Source of the DNA: an uncultured Verrucomicrobiae bacterium
Lineage (GTDB): Bacteria; Verrucomicrobiota; Verrucomicrobiia; Opitutales; JABDGR01
NCBI GenBank assembly: GCA_963765205.1
Contig: CAVXVB010000008.1
Span: 352,001 to 416,000 of the forward strand
DNA length: 64,000 nucleotides
Reading direction: 5' to 3'
How positions within the stretch are numbered: the first letter of the stretch is position 1; every line of letters starts with the position of its first letter. The position numbers and the translations under genes are program-made. A model generated the notes under the pieces. The model ran no database searches and was not told the DNA's origin. It saw nothing but the letters and a program-made list of their open reading frames with translations. Below are positions 19,881 through 29,810 of this stretch, one piece after another.

Positions 19881-21737
19881 TTAGATCTTCACTTCCACCC
19901 AGCGTTCGATTTTCCGGAGGGTCCACTCCTCGACGGAGCCTTCGATTTCGGTGCGGACGGTGTCGCCGACTTTTTTGCCCATGAGGTTCTGGCCAAGGGG
20001 CGTTTTGTAGGAGAGGACGCCTTGCTCCGGATTGCTGTCCCAGGCACCGAGGAGGGCGTAGCGGTGGGTGTGGTTCGCGCCTTTGTTGAACAACTCGACG
20101 ACGCAGCCGACGCCGACGTGGGTGGTCGTGGCCTCGCTGAAATCCGTGACGCGGGCGCGGGACATCTCGGTTTCGAGGAGGGACTTGCGGGCCAGCAGCG
20201 TGTCCTGTTCCTGGCGGGCCATTTTGTATTCGGCGTTTTCGCGCAAGTCACCCAGCTCGCGGGCGGTCTGGATCGCGATCTTGTTCTCGGGGATGAGGAC
20301 TTGGACGAGGTGCTCGTATTCCTTTTTGCGCGCCTCGATGGATTCCTGCGAAACAAAGAGGGACTCGACCTGGCGGCTGGTGGTGTCGCCGCCGACGAGG
20401 GTCTGGATTTTCGGGAAGAGGCGGATGAAGCGCGCGATGAGGGACTTCTTGGTCAGGTCCTCGAAGCCTTGGTTGAGGAGGAGGGTCTGGGCGAGGTCGC
20501 GGGCGGTTTCGTCATTGGCGTCGGCGAGGAGGTCGGCAATGAGATCGGGGTCGTCGCTGAGGGCGTCGGCGAGGACGATGCGGCGGTTGCCGGTGCTTTG
20601 GAGGGCTTCGCTGTCAATGGCGTAGAAGATGGCGGCGAGCAGGCGCGAGGTGACCATGCCGTCCACGAGCTTGGCGAATTTGCGGGAGTGGCGGTTGCGG
20701 ATGATCCAGAGCAGGACGGAGGTCTTGAGGGTCTGCTCGTTGAGCCAGCGGCGGAAGCAGTCGGCGACTTGCTCGGCGCAGCCCTTGTCGGTGAGGAAAG
20801 AGATGCACTCGGAGGTGAACTTGCCCTGGCTGTTGCGCAGGAGGTTGATGATCACGTCGCGCCAACTGTCGGGATAAACGCGGGTGACGACATCGAGGAA
20901 CCGACGCTGGAAATTCGCGGGCAATTGCTCGGCGAGCTGCGGGAGGTCGGGACAGCCGAGGATGATGCCGGTCGAGGTGGGTTCAAGTTTGTCCACGTCG
21001 GCGTGGAGGTGGCGGGCGAGGTCGTTGCGCACCCAGACGCCATGGAGGCGGTCGGCGTTGGTGAGCTGGCGGGCGTCGCGGATGGTGGCGGTGAGATCGT
21101 CGAAGATGCGCGGGAGGTCTTTTTCGATTTCCTCGACGCTGCCGGAGGCGGAATAAAGTTTTTCGGCGAGGAGGATTTTTTTCTTGGGCTGCTTGGTGAC
21201 GTAGAACTCCTCGAGGATTTCCTGTTCGGGCTTGAGGGGTTCCTCACGCAGGACGAACGGCTCGGATTTGCGGCCGGGGAAGGCGACGCGGGAGTCCTTG
21301 GCGAGGTGTTTTTTCGCGCCGGCCCACCATTTTTTGAAGCGTTCGCCGAGGAGGCGCGCGAGCAGGTTTTCCAGCTCGACGCTGCTCATGGTGCGGTCGG
21401 GGGCGTGGTGGAGGATTTCGACCACGAGGTCGGCCGGGTGCTTTTTCAGCATTTCGTCAATGGCGGCGGGGTCGTTGCGGTGGCGCACCAGGATGTTGGT
21501 CGCCGGAAGCAATTCGAGCCGCTCGACGCAAAAGGCGGGGTCCATCGGGTGCGCGGCCTTGTCGCCGTCGAATTCAATGATGAGCTTGCCGGTGGCCACA
21601 TCATATTCGCGGATTTTGCCGAAGCCCCACGCCCGGTGCAGACAAAAGGCGCCGGGTTGCATGGCTTCGAGTTTGGCACGCGCTTTGGCGAGCTTCGGGT
21701 TTTTCTCAATGATGAGATCAATGGCCTCTTTTTTCAT
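19881..21737 (-). CDS. greA: Long-form GreA/GreB transcription elongation factor with a large N-terminal extension
   Basis: C-terminal IQTARELGDLRENAEYKMAR, VGVGCVVEL, LLGAWDSNP..GVLSYKTPLGQNLMGKKVGD. Confidence 0.9.
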   Translation of the reverse strand: MKKEAIDLIIEKNPKLAKARAKLEAMQPGAFCLHRAWGFGKIREYDVATGKLIIEFDGDKAAHPMDPAFCVERLELLPATNILVRHRNDPAAIDEMLKKHPADLVVEILHHAPDRTMSSVELENLLARLLGERFKKWWAGAKKHLAKDSRVAFPGRKSEPFVLREEPLKPEQEILEEFYVTKQPKKKILLAEKLYSASGSVEEIEKDLPRIFDDLTATIRDARQLTNADRLHGVWVRNDLARHLHADVDKLEPTSTGIILGCPDLPQLAEQLPANFQRRFLDVVTRVYPDSWRDVIINLLRNSQGKFTSECISFLTDKGCAEQVADCFRRWLNEQTLKTSVLLWIIRNRHSRKFAKLVDGMVTSRLLAAIFYAIDSEALQSTGNRRIVLADALSDDPDLIADLLADANDETARDLAQTLLLNQGFEDLTKKSLIARFIRLFPKIQTLVGGDTTSRQVESLFVSQESIEARKKEYEHLVQVLIPENKIAIQTARELGDLRENAEYKMARQEQDTLLARKSLLETEMSRARVTDFSEATTTHVGVGCVVELFNKGANHTHRYALLGAWDSNPEQGVLSYKTPLGQNLMGKKVGDTVRTEIEGSVEEWTLRKIERWVEVKI

Positions 21738-21965
21738 GAAAGTTCCGGGAAGGTGTCGGGCCTGCGGGCAGGCGGGTGCGGGAGGGAAGAAAAATTCAAC
21801 GCGCCAGGCCTGGGGTCCCTTCGAAGCGGCGCACCCGTCTGGCGTGTGGAAATAGTAAAGGATATGGTGTTTGACGAACGGCCCGGTGATTAGACCGAGG
21901 CTGGTAGCTGCGCCCGCCAAGTTTCAATTTGTCTATCCAGAAGCAGTTGTCAATCCCGGATTTCG

Positions 21966-23489
21966 GTGCAAACTCCCTCCTCCGTGCCTGCCTCACACCC
22001 AGAAAATCCAGTGGCCCCTTCCAAAGGACGGGTCGTCGTCATTGGCAGCGGCTTTGGGGGGCTGGCGGCGGCGATCCGCACCCAGGCCAAAGGCTACGCC
22101 GTGACTTTGCTCGAGATGCGCGACGCACCGGGCGGGCGGGCCTATGTTTACCGCGACCGGGGTTTCACCTACGATGCCGGGCCGACCATCATCACCGTGC
22201 CGTTCGTGCTCGACGAACTGGCGGCGGCGGCGGGGAAAAAGCTGGCTGACTACGTACGCCTGGTGCCGTGCGACCCGTTCTATCGGATTTATTTTCCCGA
22301 CGGGCGCGAGTTCAACTACCGTGGCGGGCAGGCGGAACTGGAGGCGGAGATCGCGAAATTCAACCCGGACGACGTGGCGGGCTACCGGGAGTTTCTCGAC
22401 TATTCGCGCCGGGTGTTCGACCGGGCATTCACGGATTTGGCCGCGCATTCGTTCGACAATTTTTGGGAGATGGTGAAGGTCGCGCCGGACTTGCTGCGGC
22501 TGCGCGCGGACCAGGCGGTGTTCCAGCGCGTGGCGCGGCACATCCGCGACCCGGCGCTGCGGCAGGTGTTCAGCTTCGAGCCGCTGCTCATCGGCGGCAA
22601 CCCGCTGCGCTCATCCTCGATTTACGCGATGATTCATTTCCTGGAAAAAAACTGGGGCGTGCATTTTGCGATGGGCGGGACGGGCGCGCTCGTGCGCGGG
22701 CTGGTAAAAATGTTCGAGGACATCGGCGGCGTGCTGCATTGCAACGCGCGCGCCAGTGAAATCGTGGTCGAGCAGGGCCGCGCGCGCGGTGTGCGCACGA
22801 CAGACGGGCGCTTTTTCCCGGCCGACATGGTGATCAGCAACGGCGATGTGGCCAACACCTATCGCAAACTCGTCGCCCCGCAACACCGGCGCAAGTGGAC
22901 GGACCCGCGGCTCGAAAAAATGCGCTACGCGATGTCGCTGTTCGTGGTCTATTTCGGGACGGACCGGACGTATCCGCACCTGCCGCACCACTCGATCATC
23001 CTCGGCCCGCGCTACGAGGAATTGCTCGGCGACATCTTCGACCGCAAAATCGTCGCGGAGGATTTCTCGCTGTATCTGCACGCGCCCACGCGCACCGACC
23101 CGTCGCTCGCGCCGCCGGGGTGCGAATGTTTCTACGTGCTCAGCCCCGTGCCGCACCTGGGCGGCGGGCAGGACTGGGAAAAAATCAAGGACGCGTATGC
23201 CGACCGCATCCTGGCGTCGCTGGAAAAGGAACACCTCGTGCCCGGTTTGCGCAAGCATCTCGTCTCGAAACTGATTTTCACGCCGCTGGATTTCCAGGAC
23301 CGGCTGGACGCGTATCTGGGCAGCGCGTTTCAATTCGAGCCGCTGCTGACGCAGAGCGCGTGGTTCCGCCCGCATAACAAGAGCGAGGACGTGGAGGGAT
23401 TGTATTTCGTCGGCGCCGGCACCCACCCCGGCGCCGGCCTGCCCGGCGTGATTTGCAGCGCGAAGGTGCTGGATAAGTGGATTTTGTGA
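21966..23489 (+). CDS. crtI: Phytoene desaturase
   Basis: VIGSGFGGLAAA, GGRAYV...GFTYDAGPTIIT, LLIGGNP, GGTGAL, AFQFEPLLTQSAWFRPHN, LYFVGAGTHPGAGLPGV. Confidence 0.93.
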   Translation: MQTPSSVPASHPENPVAPSKGRVVVIGSGFGGLAAAIRTQAKGYAVTLLEMRDAPGGRAYVYRDRGFTYDAGPTIITVPFVLDELAAAAGKKLADYVRLVPCDPFYRIYFPDGREFNYRGGQAELEAEIAKFNPDDVAGYREFLDYSRRVFDRAFTDLAAHSFDNFWEMVKVAPDLLRLRADQAVFQRVARHIRDPALRQVFSFEPLLIGGNPLRSSSIYAMIHFLEKNWGVHFAMGGTGALVRGLVKMFEDIGGVLHCNARASEIVVEQGRARGVRTTDGRFFPADMVISNGDVANTYRKLVAPQHRRKWTDPRLEKMRYAMSLFVVYFGTDRTYPHLPHHSIILGPRYEELLGDIFDRKIVAEDFSLYLHAPTRTDPSLAPPGCECFYVLSPVPHLGGGQDWEKIKDAYADRILASLEKEHLVPGLRKHLVSKLIFTPLDFQDRLDAYLGSAFQFEPLLTQSAWFRPHNKSEDVEGLYFVGAGTHPGAGLPGVICSAKVLDKWIL

Positions 23490-23600
23490 GCACACCGAGT
23501 CAATGGCGGGACGGGCTTATCGCCTTTCCTTGAACATCAGTCCATAAACCGGCCGCGTCGCGGCCATTGAGAATATTGGAGCAAAAATGGAAAATATTGG

Positions 23601-25277
23601 TTAAGGAGTGGCTGTTTTGCTCGCGATTTTTTGGAGGGCGGCCAACTGCGCGGGGGTGAGGCCGGTGAGACTGTTGAGCGCGTCCTGGGCAGCAGCGGCG
23701 GCGACAGCGGGGTTTTGATCCGCCCAAGCAGTGAGAACCTTGATTTGGACCGTGCCGGCGTTGCTGCCAGTGAGGTTCTGGGCGTCCTGCCAGGCGGTTT
23801 GAGGGTCAGTCTTCGCGAGTCGGACGACCGCAGCATTAATGGCGCTATTTTGCCCGTCGCCTTGGGGGAGGCCTTCCGCCCACTGCAGCGCGGCTTGCGG
23901 GTTCGTCGCACCCCACTTGTCTGCAACCTGAGCGGCCAGGCTACTGAAAGCAGGGTCCGTGGTGAAATTTTGTCCGAGGTAGGCCGCAGCAGTCGCGGCA
24001 TTGTAGAAGGTCCAGGAACTGACAACTTGCGTGAGTGCCGCGTTACGGCTATTGGCATCGTCCGTGGGCAAGGACTGAGCCCACGCAAATGCGGCCTCGG
24101 GATCCTGCGCGGCCCAACTGCGGGCCACAGTGGGGATGACATTGTTTGCCACGTCAGGGTCGGGATTCTGGGCAAGGTAAGCGGCCGTGGCGGCGGGATT
24201 GGTGGCGGCCAATTGGTTCAACGCGGAAACGGCTGCGGTTTGATAATTTGCCCCGTCGAGATTATCCGCGGCCCAAGCGAGCAAGCCAGAGGGATCTTTT
24301 GCCGCCCAATTGGAAGTGATGTTGTTAAGTAATGAATCACGGTTTTGGTCACCAGACAGGTTGACCGCGTAGTTGGCTGCGGTGGCCGGGTCCTGTTCGC
24401 TTAGGGTCTGGATGACGGTGGTAACGGCGTTGTCTTGAGTCGCGCCGGCCGGCAAGGTTTTTGCCCAGGCAAAAGCCGCGTTAGGGTCTTGCTTTGCCCA
24501 GGTGCTGGCCACGGCATTCAGCGATGCATTCCGAGCGAGGCTGATGGGCAGGTTGAGAGCTGCTGCGGCAGCGGCGGCAGGATCGTTGCCCACCCACGCC
24601 TGAAATATGGCGGAGTAACTCAGCTGGGATTGTTGACCGGCCGGCAGACTTCGCAGCGCATCCAAGGCCGTCTGCGGATTCTGTTTCGCGAAGTCTTGGA
24701 GCGGAGCCATCATGTTAAGAAGACCCAAATTCGGGTTCTTTAATTGGGCAAGCAGGCTCTCGGCGGTTGAGCTTTTGGCCGAAATGGCGTCACGAATTCC
24801 GGACCAGCACGATTCTTTTACCCCTGAATCCTTGATATTATTGAGCCACGCCAGAGCCGCCTGCGGATCCAGTTCGGCCCAATGGCTCATCAATTCGGCC
24901 AACGTTGTGCCGTTGTGATTGATCAAGGGCTGGTCTTTAAGGTCATCCAGGAGTGCCTTCGTCATTCCGGCGTCAAGGCTGGCAATATAATCGAGTATTT
25001 CTCGTTCTCGATTGAGCGAGCCAGTGGCGTGAAGTAACTGCGTTAGCCGAGCTTCGGTTTGGGTGATTTCCGCGGCAGACGGCGGAACCAGCATTTTTAC
25101 CGTGCTGCGCCTGGTTGGCGTGTTTTTAGCTGGCATTGTCTCCGTAGCCTTTGCGCTTATTGCCAAATACCGTCCCAAGGCAAACGACACGATTATGGCC
25201 ACAAGCTGATACGTTAATACCCTCCAAAGCGGAATGGCCCTGGACGGCTGGAAAGTTTCCTGTTTGGAAGAGTGCAA
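23601..25277 (-). CDS. Membrane-anchored alpha-helical repeat protein (W-x-x-x-D-P-x-A-A repeats)
   Basis: N-terminal TM helix followed by many repeats such as WAELDPQAALAW, WAKQDPNAAFAW, WAAQDPEAAFAW; start codon uncertain. Confidence 0.75.
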   Translation of the reverse strand: MHSSKQETFQPSRAIPLWRVLTYQLVAIIVSFALGRYLAISAKATETMPAKNTPTRRSTVKMLVPPSAAEITQTEARLTQLLHATGSLNREREILDYIASLDAGMTKALLDDLKDQPLINHNGTTLAELMSHWAELDPQAALAWLNNIKDSGVKESCWSGIRDAISAKSSTAESLLAQLKNPNLGLLNMMAPLQDFAKQNPQTALDALRSLPAGQQSQLSYSAIFQAWVGNDPAAAAAAALNLPISLARNASLNAVASTWAKQDPNAAFAWAKTLPAGATQDNAVTTVIQTLSEQDPATAANYAVNLSGDQNRDSLLNNITSNWAAKDPSGLLAWAADNLDGANYQTAAVSALNQLAATNPAATAAYLAQNPDPDVANNVIPTVARSWAAQDPEAAFAWAQSLPTDDANSRNAALTQVVSSWTFYNAATAAAYLGQNFTTDPAFSSLAAQVADKWGATNPQAALQWAEGLPQGDGQNSAINAAVVRLAKTDPQTAWQDAQNLTGSNAGTVQIKVLTAWADQNPAVAAAAAQDALNSLTGLTPAQLAALQKIASKTATP

Positions 25278-25302
25278 ACGGGGAATGGGTGGATAATTTA
25301 AA

Positions 25303-26859
25303 TCAATGACTGGAGGTTTTAGCCGCGATTTTCTGCAATGCGGTTTGCTGGTCTTGAGTCAGTCCGGTTAGGCTATTCAAGGCGTTCTGAGCGGCCATGC
25401 CTCCCGATTGAATGTCAGCATCGGCCAGTTGACTGATGGCGGTGATGACGGCGGCGTTTTGCTTCTCCGGAGGCAGGCTTTCAGCCCATTTGAGCGCAGC
25501 TTGCGGGTCGGCTTGCGCCCAACTATTGGCCACTTGTGTGGCATCCCTGCTGAAAGTCGGACTGTCGGCAAGGTTTTGCTGGACGTAAGCCGCCGCGGCC
25601 GCCGGGGCAATGGAGGCCCAGCCGCCAAAAACATTGGCGACAGCGGAATTGCGCAAGGTTGGGTTATCCTCAGGCAGGGATTTCGCCCAAGCGAGCGCGG
25701 CTGGCGGGTCCTGCTGCGCCCATGTGGTTGCCAGCGCGGGTGTGGCCTGGTCGTTGATCGTGGGATCAGGATGTTGGGCCAGATAGGTAGCGGCGGAATT
25801 GGGATCAGACTGGGACATCGCATTGAGGGCATTGAGGACAGCCGAATTGTAGTTTGCACCGCTAAGGTTGTTACCGGCCCAGGCGATCAGCCCAGTTGGA
25901 TCCTCTTCGGCCAAGCTTATAGTGATCTTGCTCATTAGATCGTCACGTTGTGAGCCGCTGAGAAGACTGAAGGCATATCCGGCCGCGGCTTGAGGATCTG
26001 AACCTGAGATTATCTCGATGGCGCCTAATACTGCGGCGTTTTTTGATGCTCCTGGCGGTAAATTGTTGGCCCAAGCCAGAGCAGCCGCGGGGTCTTGTTC
26101 GGCCCAATCGGTGGCGATAAATTGCCAAGACATAATCTGGTTCCCGCTATCGGGTAAATTGAGCGCCGCCGCCGCCGCTGCGACTGGATCCGTTTCCGCC
26201 CAAACCGCAAATACCGAAAAAGCATAACCTTCCAGCGCCTGTTTATTGGGCGAGTCATCGGGCAGAGACGGCAACGCAGCCAGCGCAGCCTGGGGATCCT
26301 GCCTCGCAAAAGAACTTAGCACGCTTGCTTCGGCCATGCCCAAGCCAGCCACCCCCTGAAGGTTGGCCAATACGCCAAGGGCCGCGGCAGGATTTTTATC
26401 CGCATAAGCTGCAAAAATCATGCCTATACTGTTTGCCTGGACATTTTTGTCGTTCAGCCCTTGGTTCCAGGCAATGGCAGCTTCAGGATCCAGTTCGGCC
26501 CAGTGGTAAGCAAGATATGTAAAGGTCTCATAATCTTCCGAGTTTGAGAGTTTTGCGGCGTAGTCCTCCAGCAAGTCTTTGGTCGTTTTGGCATCGAGCT
26601 TTGCAATATAGTCCAGCTTGGCGCGCCGGCGGTCGATTAGGCCAAGGGTGTGACTCGCTTGTTCGAGGCCCGCTTTGGCCTTGGCCAAGATGTCTGCGGG
26701 GGAAAGTGGAGTTACCTTAGGCAAGGCGACCTTCGCTTCCATGGTGTGCTTTACAGGCGATTGTATTGCGCCATACCAACCCAAAAAAAATGCGGCCAGT
26801 GGCACGACCCATTGCCATGCTCTGGTTTTCCGGCAGAAATCGCTGGCAGGGTCCAACAT
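25303..26859 (-). CDS. Paralogous membrane-anchored alpha-helical repeat protein
   Basis: Same repeats (WAELDPEAAIAW, WAEQDPAAALAW) and a near-identical C-terminus (AAQNALNSLTGLT...ALQKIA.KT). Confidence 0.78.
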   Translation of the reverse strand: MLDPASDFCRKTRAWQWVVPLAAFFLGWYGAIQSPVKHTMEAKVALPKVTPLSPADILAKAKAGLEQASHTLGLIDRRRAKLDYIAKLDAKTTKDLLEDYAAKLSNSEDYETFTYLAYHWAELDPEAAIAWNQGLNDKNVQANSIGMIFAAYADKNPAAALGVLANLQGVAGLGMAEASVLSSFARQDPQAALAALPSLPDDSPNKQALEGYAFSVFAVWAETDPVAAAAAALNLPDSGNQIMSWQFIATDWAEQDPAAALAWANNLPPGASKNAAVLGAIEIISGSDPQAAAGYAFSLLSGSQRDDLMSKITISLAEEDPTGLIAWAGNNLSGANYNSAVLNALNAMSQSDPNSAATYLAQHPDPTINDQATPALATTWAQQDPPAALAWAKSLPEDNPTLRNSAVANVFGGWASIAPAAAAAYVQQNLADSPTFSRDATQVANSWAQADPQAALKWAESLPPEKQNAAVITAISQLADADIQSGGMAAQNALNSLTGLTQDQQTALQKIAAKTSSH

Positions 26860-27025
26860 AGAAAAAGCATGAGAAATTGTCTAAAAGGCAACAAGGTCAA
26901 AAAATATGTCAAAAAGACAGGGTGCGGTTGCTACGAAGTTGTTGCCGATTCATTGAGGCCAATGTCGGGGCCGGAGTATTTTTTTAAGGTTGAACAAAAC
27001 CATGCTTCCCCCACACTCAGGCCAC

Positions 27026-27098
27026 GGCAATGGATTCTGCCGGTTCCGCGGTACGGGACAAACCGCCCTGGTTTTCGACCAGGGCTGATGACTCCTAC
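27026..27098 (+). promoter_or_regulatory. Fluoride riboswitch (crcB motif)
   Basis: GGCAATGGATTCTGCC ... AAACCGC ... GCTGATGACTCCTAC matches the crcB-motif consensus and lies directly upstream of crcB. Confidence 0.9.
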
Positions 27099-27121
27099 CA
27101 AACTAACACCTTGGAGTGGTC

Positions 27122-27532
27122 ATGCTTATCTACCTTTATGTTGCGTTGGGCGGGGCGCTGGGGACCGTGGGGCGGTATGCCTTGGGCGACTTGGTGGTGC
27201 GCCTGTCCGGCATTCCCGCCGAGACGTTTCCCTGGGGCACGCTGATCATCAACGTCACCGGTTCGTTCATCATTGGCTTTTTTGCCACGCTGACCCTGCC
27301 GCCGGACGGGCGCTGGATGGTGGGGGCGAACGGGCGGCAGTTTTTCATGACCGGCATCTGCGGGGGCTTCACCACCTTTTCATCCTTCAGCCTGCAAACG
27401 CTCAACCTCGCGCGCGACGGTGAATGGCTGCGGGTGGGCGGCAACGTCGTTGGCTCGGTCACGCTGTGCCTGGTGGCGGTGTGGCTGGGTTCAGTTTTGG
27501 CGACGGCGATCAACCACAAAAAAGGCTCCTAA
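27122..27532 (+). CDS. crcB: Fluoride efflux channel Fluc/CrcB
   Basis: GGALGTVGRY, FPWGTLIINVTGSFIIG, TGICGGFTTFSSFS. Confidence 0.96.
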   Translation: MLIYLYVALGGALGTVGRYALGDLVVRLSGIPAETFPWGTLIINVTGSFIIGFFATLTLPPDGRWMVGANGRQFFMTGICGGFTTFSSFSLQTLNLARDGEWLRVGGNVVGSVTLCLVAVWLGSVLATAINHKKGS

Positions 27533-27534
27533 CC

Positions 27535-27876
27535 ATGAATCTCCCCGAAGCCTGCCTTTCCCTGCGCATTTTCATCGGCGAATCTGACCGCTATCAGGGC
27601 CACCCGTTATATGAGCAGATCGTGCTCAAGGCCCGCGCAACGGGGCTGGCCGGCGCGACCGTCCTGCGCAGCCCGATGGGTTTTGGCGCGACGAGCCGCC
27701 TGCACACCGCGAAAATTATGCGACTCTCCGAAGACCTGCCCATTGTGATTGAAATCGTGGATACCAAGGAAAAGGTGGACGCCTTCCTGCCCGTGCTCGA
27801 CACGATGATGGCCGGCGGGCTGGTGACGCTCGAACCCGTGGAGGTGCTGCATTATAAGCATGAGGAAAAGAAGTAG
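27535..27876 (+). CDS. DUF190 PII-like protein
   Basis: LRIFIGESDRY.G.PLYE.IV..AR..GLAGATVLR..MGFG, LSEDLPIVIEIVD; usual crcB neighbour. Confidence 0.9.
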   Translation: MNLPEACLSLRIFIGESDRYQGHPLYEQIVLKARATGLAGATVLRSPMGFGATSRLHTAKIMRLSEDLPIVIEIVDTKEKVDAFLPVLDTMMAGGLVTLEPVEVLHYKHEEKK

Positions 27877-27888
27877 CCGGAGGGCCCA

Positions 27889-28040
27889 GTGCTGGATTGT
27901 TCGATTGCTGAATTGTTGGATTGCTAAATTGCCTTTTGATAATTTCGCAGGTTCAACAATCGAACAATCGAACAATCCAGCCATTAATTTCCCCCATCGG
28001 TTTTTCCTTCATAATTCATCCCGCGTCCTTCATCCTTGCC
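27889..28040. repeat. Inverted 8-mer arrays followed by a 7-mer array
   Basis: gattgttc gattgctg aattgttg gattgcta ... caatcgaa caatcgaa caatccag; then ttcataa ttcatcc ... ttcatcc. Confidence 0.72.
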
Positions 28041-28044
28041 TTCC

Positions 28045-28851
28045 ATGTCCCGCCTTGCCGCCGCCTTTGCCCGCGCCCGCGCCGAAAAGCACGCGGCCTT
28101 TGTCGCGTATCTGTGCGCGGGCGACCCGGACGCCGCGACCTCGCGGGCCGCGTGCCGCGCGCTCCTCAAAGGCGGGGTGGACGTGCTGGAACTCGGACTG
28201 CCCTTCACCGACCCGCTGGCGGATGGGTTGACCAACCAACTCGCCGCGCAGCGCGCGCTCAAGGCCGGAGCCAGCCCGGAAAGCGTCTTCCAACTCGTGG
28301 GCGAGCTGCGCGCCGAATTCCCCGCCGCGCCGATCGTGTTCTACGCCTATTACAATATGATCTACGCACCGGGCGTGGAGAACTTTTGCCGGCGGGCCGC
28401 CGCGGCGGGCGTGGACGGCCTGCTCGCGCTCGACTGCCCGCCGGAGGAGGCGGCGGACTTGCTCGCGGCCTCGCGGAAACATAAATTGGACAACATCTTT
28501 ATCGTCGCGCCGACCACGCCGCCCGCCCGCATCACCCGCATTGCCTCAGTCGCGAGCGGGTTCATTTATTACGTCTCGCTCGAAGGCGTGACGGGCGAGC
28601 GCGCGGAACTCCCGGCGAGCATCCCGGCGGCGGTGCGGGAAATCCGCCGGCACACCAAATTGCCCGTGGTGGTGGGTTTCGGCGTGTCGAAGGCCGCCCA
28701 TGTGCGGCAAATTGGCGCGGTGGCGGACGGGGTGGTGGTCGGGAGCGCGCTGGTCAACACCATCGCGGCCAACCTGCAGGCGCGGAAAAAAATCCCCGCG
28801 GCGCTCGGCGCGAAGCTGGCCGAATTGCGCGCGGGGCTGGCGCCCGCCTGA
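28045..28851 (+). CDS. trpA: Tryptophan synthase alpha subunit
   Basis: YLCAGDP, LELGLPFTDPLADG, YYN, APTT, GFIYYVSLEGVTG, VGFGVS, ADGVVVGSALV. Confidence 0.96.
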   Translation: MSRLAAAFARARAEKHAAFVAYLCAGDPDAATSRAACRALLKGGVDVLELGLPFTDPLADGLTNQLAAQRALKAGASPESVFQLVGELRAEFPAAPIVFYAYYNMIYAPGVENFCRRAAAAGVDGLLALDCPPEEAADLLAASRKHKLDNIFIVAPTTPPARITRIASVASGFIYYVSLEGVTGERAELPASIPAAVREIRRHTKLPVVVGFGVSKAAHVRQIGAVADGVVVGSALVNTIAANLQARKKIPAALGAKLAELRAGLAPA

Positions 28852-28941
28852 AGGCGGCATATTACAGACCGGCGGTTGTGGCGCGATGGGGCGTTTCCGA
28901 GGCTGGATTTCGCGCGGGCGACCCTTTAGGCTGGCTGCCGC

Positions 28942-29757
28942 ATGACCCGACCCCGGCCCTTGGCGGCGCATTTTCCCGGCCTGATTACCCTGGGCCTGGC
29001 GCTGTTTGCGCCGACCCTGCGCGCGCACGACACCCTGTCCTTCGATCCCAATGCGAAGCCGGAATTTGCCTCGAATGCCGACCCGACCGTCGCGCCGCCC
29101 GCGCCGGTGGTCATCCAAGGCATAGCCAGCGCGCGGCTGCGGCCGGATGACCTGGAAATTGACCTCACCGTCGCCGACGGCTTCGCGTATAAGCTGCTCG
29201 ATCACGACCCCTACCAACCGCCGGTCAACACCACTGGCAGCGAGACGGCGAACCCGGAGGCGGACAGTTCCTCCGGCCTGCCCATCGTCCACGATCCGCA
29301 TTTCACCCGGGACAAGCAATTGCTGAGCAAGCGCGGGGAAACGCTCTTTAATATCACCAGCAATGGCGCGCCGCTCGCGCCGCTGGCGGTGGCCGTGGAC
29401 TTGACGGAAGCGCAGGACGTGGTCTTCCACATCACCTACCCGCACCCCGCGCCCGGCCCGCTGCGCCTGGAAATGACCTATTTCAACCTGGTGCCTGCGG
29501 GGCAAAAGGACATGGTGGCCGTGATGGACTCCGCGGACAAAACCATCGCCTCGACCAGTGTGGGCGCGGACACCCCGTATTTGGACGTGAACGTGCCCAA
29601 CCCCAATGCGGCGCCCGCCTCGGTGGCCACTCCGGCCACTACCACGCCGCCCGCGGCCAAGGGCGGAAACAACCTGTCCCTCATTCTGGGCACCGCCGCC
29701 GGAGTCGCCTTCCTGTGCTTCGGCCTGAAATTTCTGCGTCGCCCGGCGCGCGGTTAA
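28942..29757 (+). CDS. Exported protein with a C-terminal membrane anchor
   Basis: Signal peptide ending LRA-HD, Pro/Ala/Thr linker, C-terminal TM followed by basic residues (LRRPARG). Confidence 0.7.
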   Translation: MTRPRPLAAHFPGLITLGLALFAPTLRAHDTLSFDPNAKPEFASNADPTVAPPAPVVIQGIASARLRPDDLEIDLTVADGFAYKLLDHDPYQPPVNTTGSETANPEADSSSGLPIVHDPHFTRDKQLLSKRGETLFNITSNGAPLAPLAVAVDLTEAQDVVFHITYPHPAPGPLRLEMTYFNLVPAGQKDMVAVMDSADKTIASTSVGADTPYLDVNVPNPNAAPASVATPATTTPPAAKGGNNLSLILGTAAGVAFLCFGLKFLRRPARG

Positions 29758-29810
29758 TTCCGGCTCGCGTCGGCGCGCCCGCTTTCTTCAAAATCCCCCC
29801 TCTCTTATTT

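Noticed and set aside
21966..28851. crtI without crtB and trpA without trpB
   Set aside because: Scattered pathway genes are common in this kind of genome, and partners may lie outside the window.
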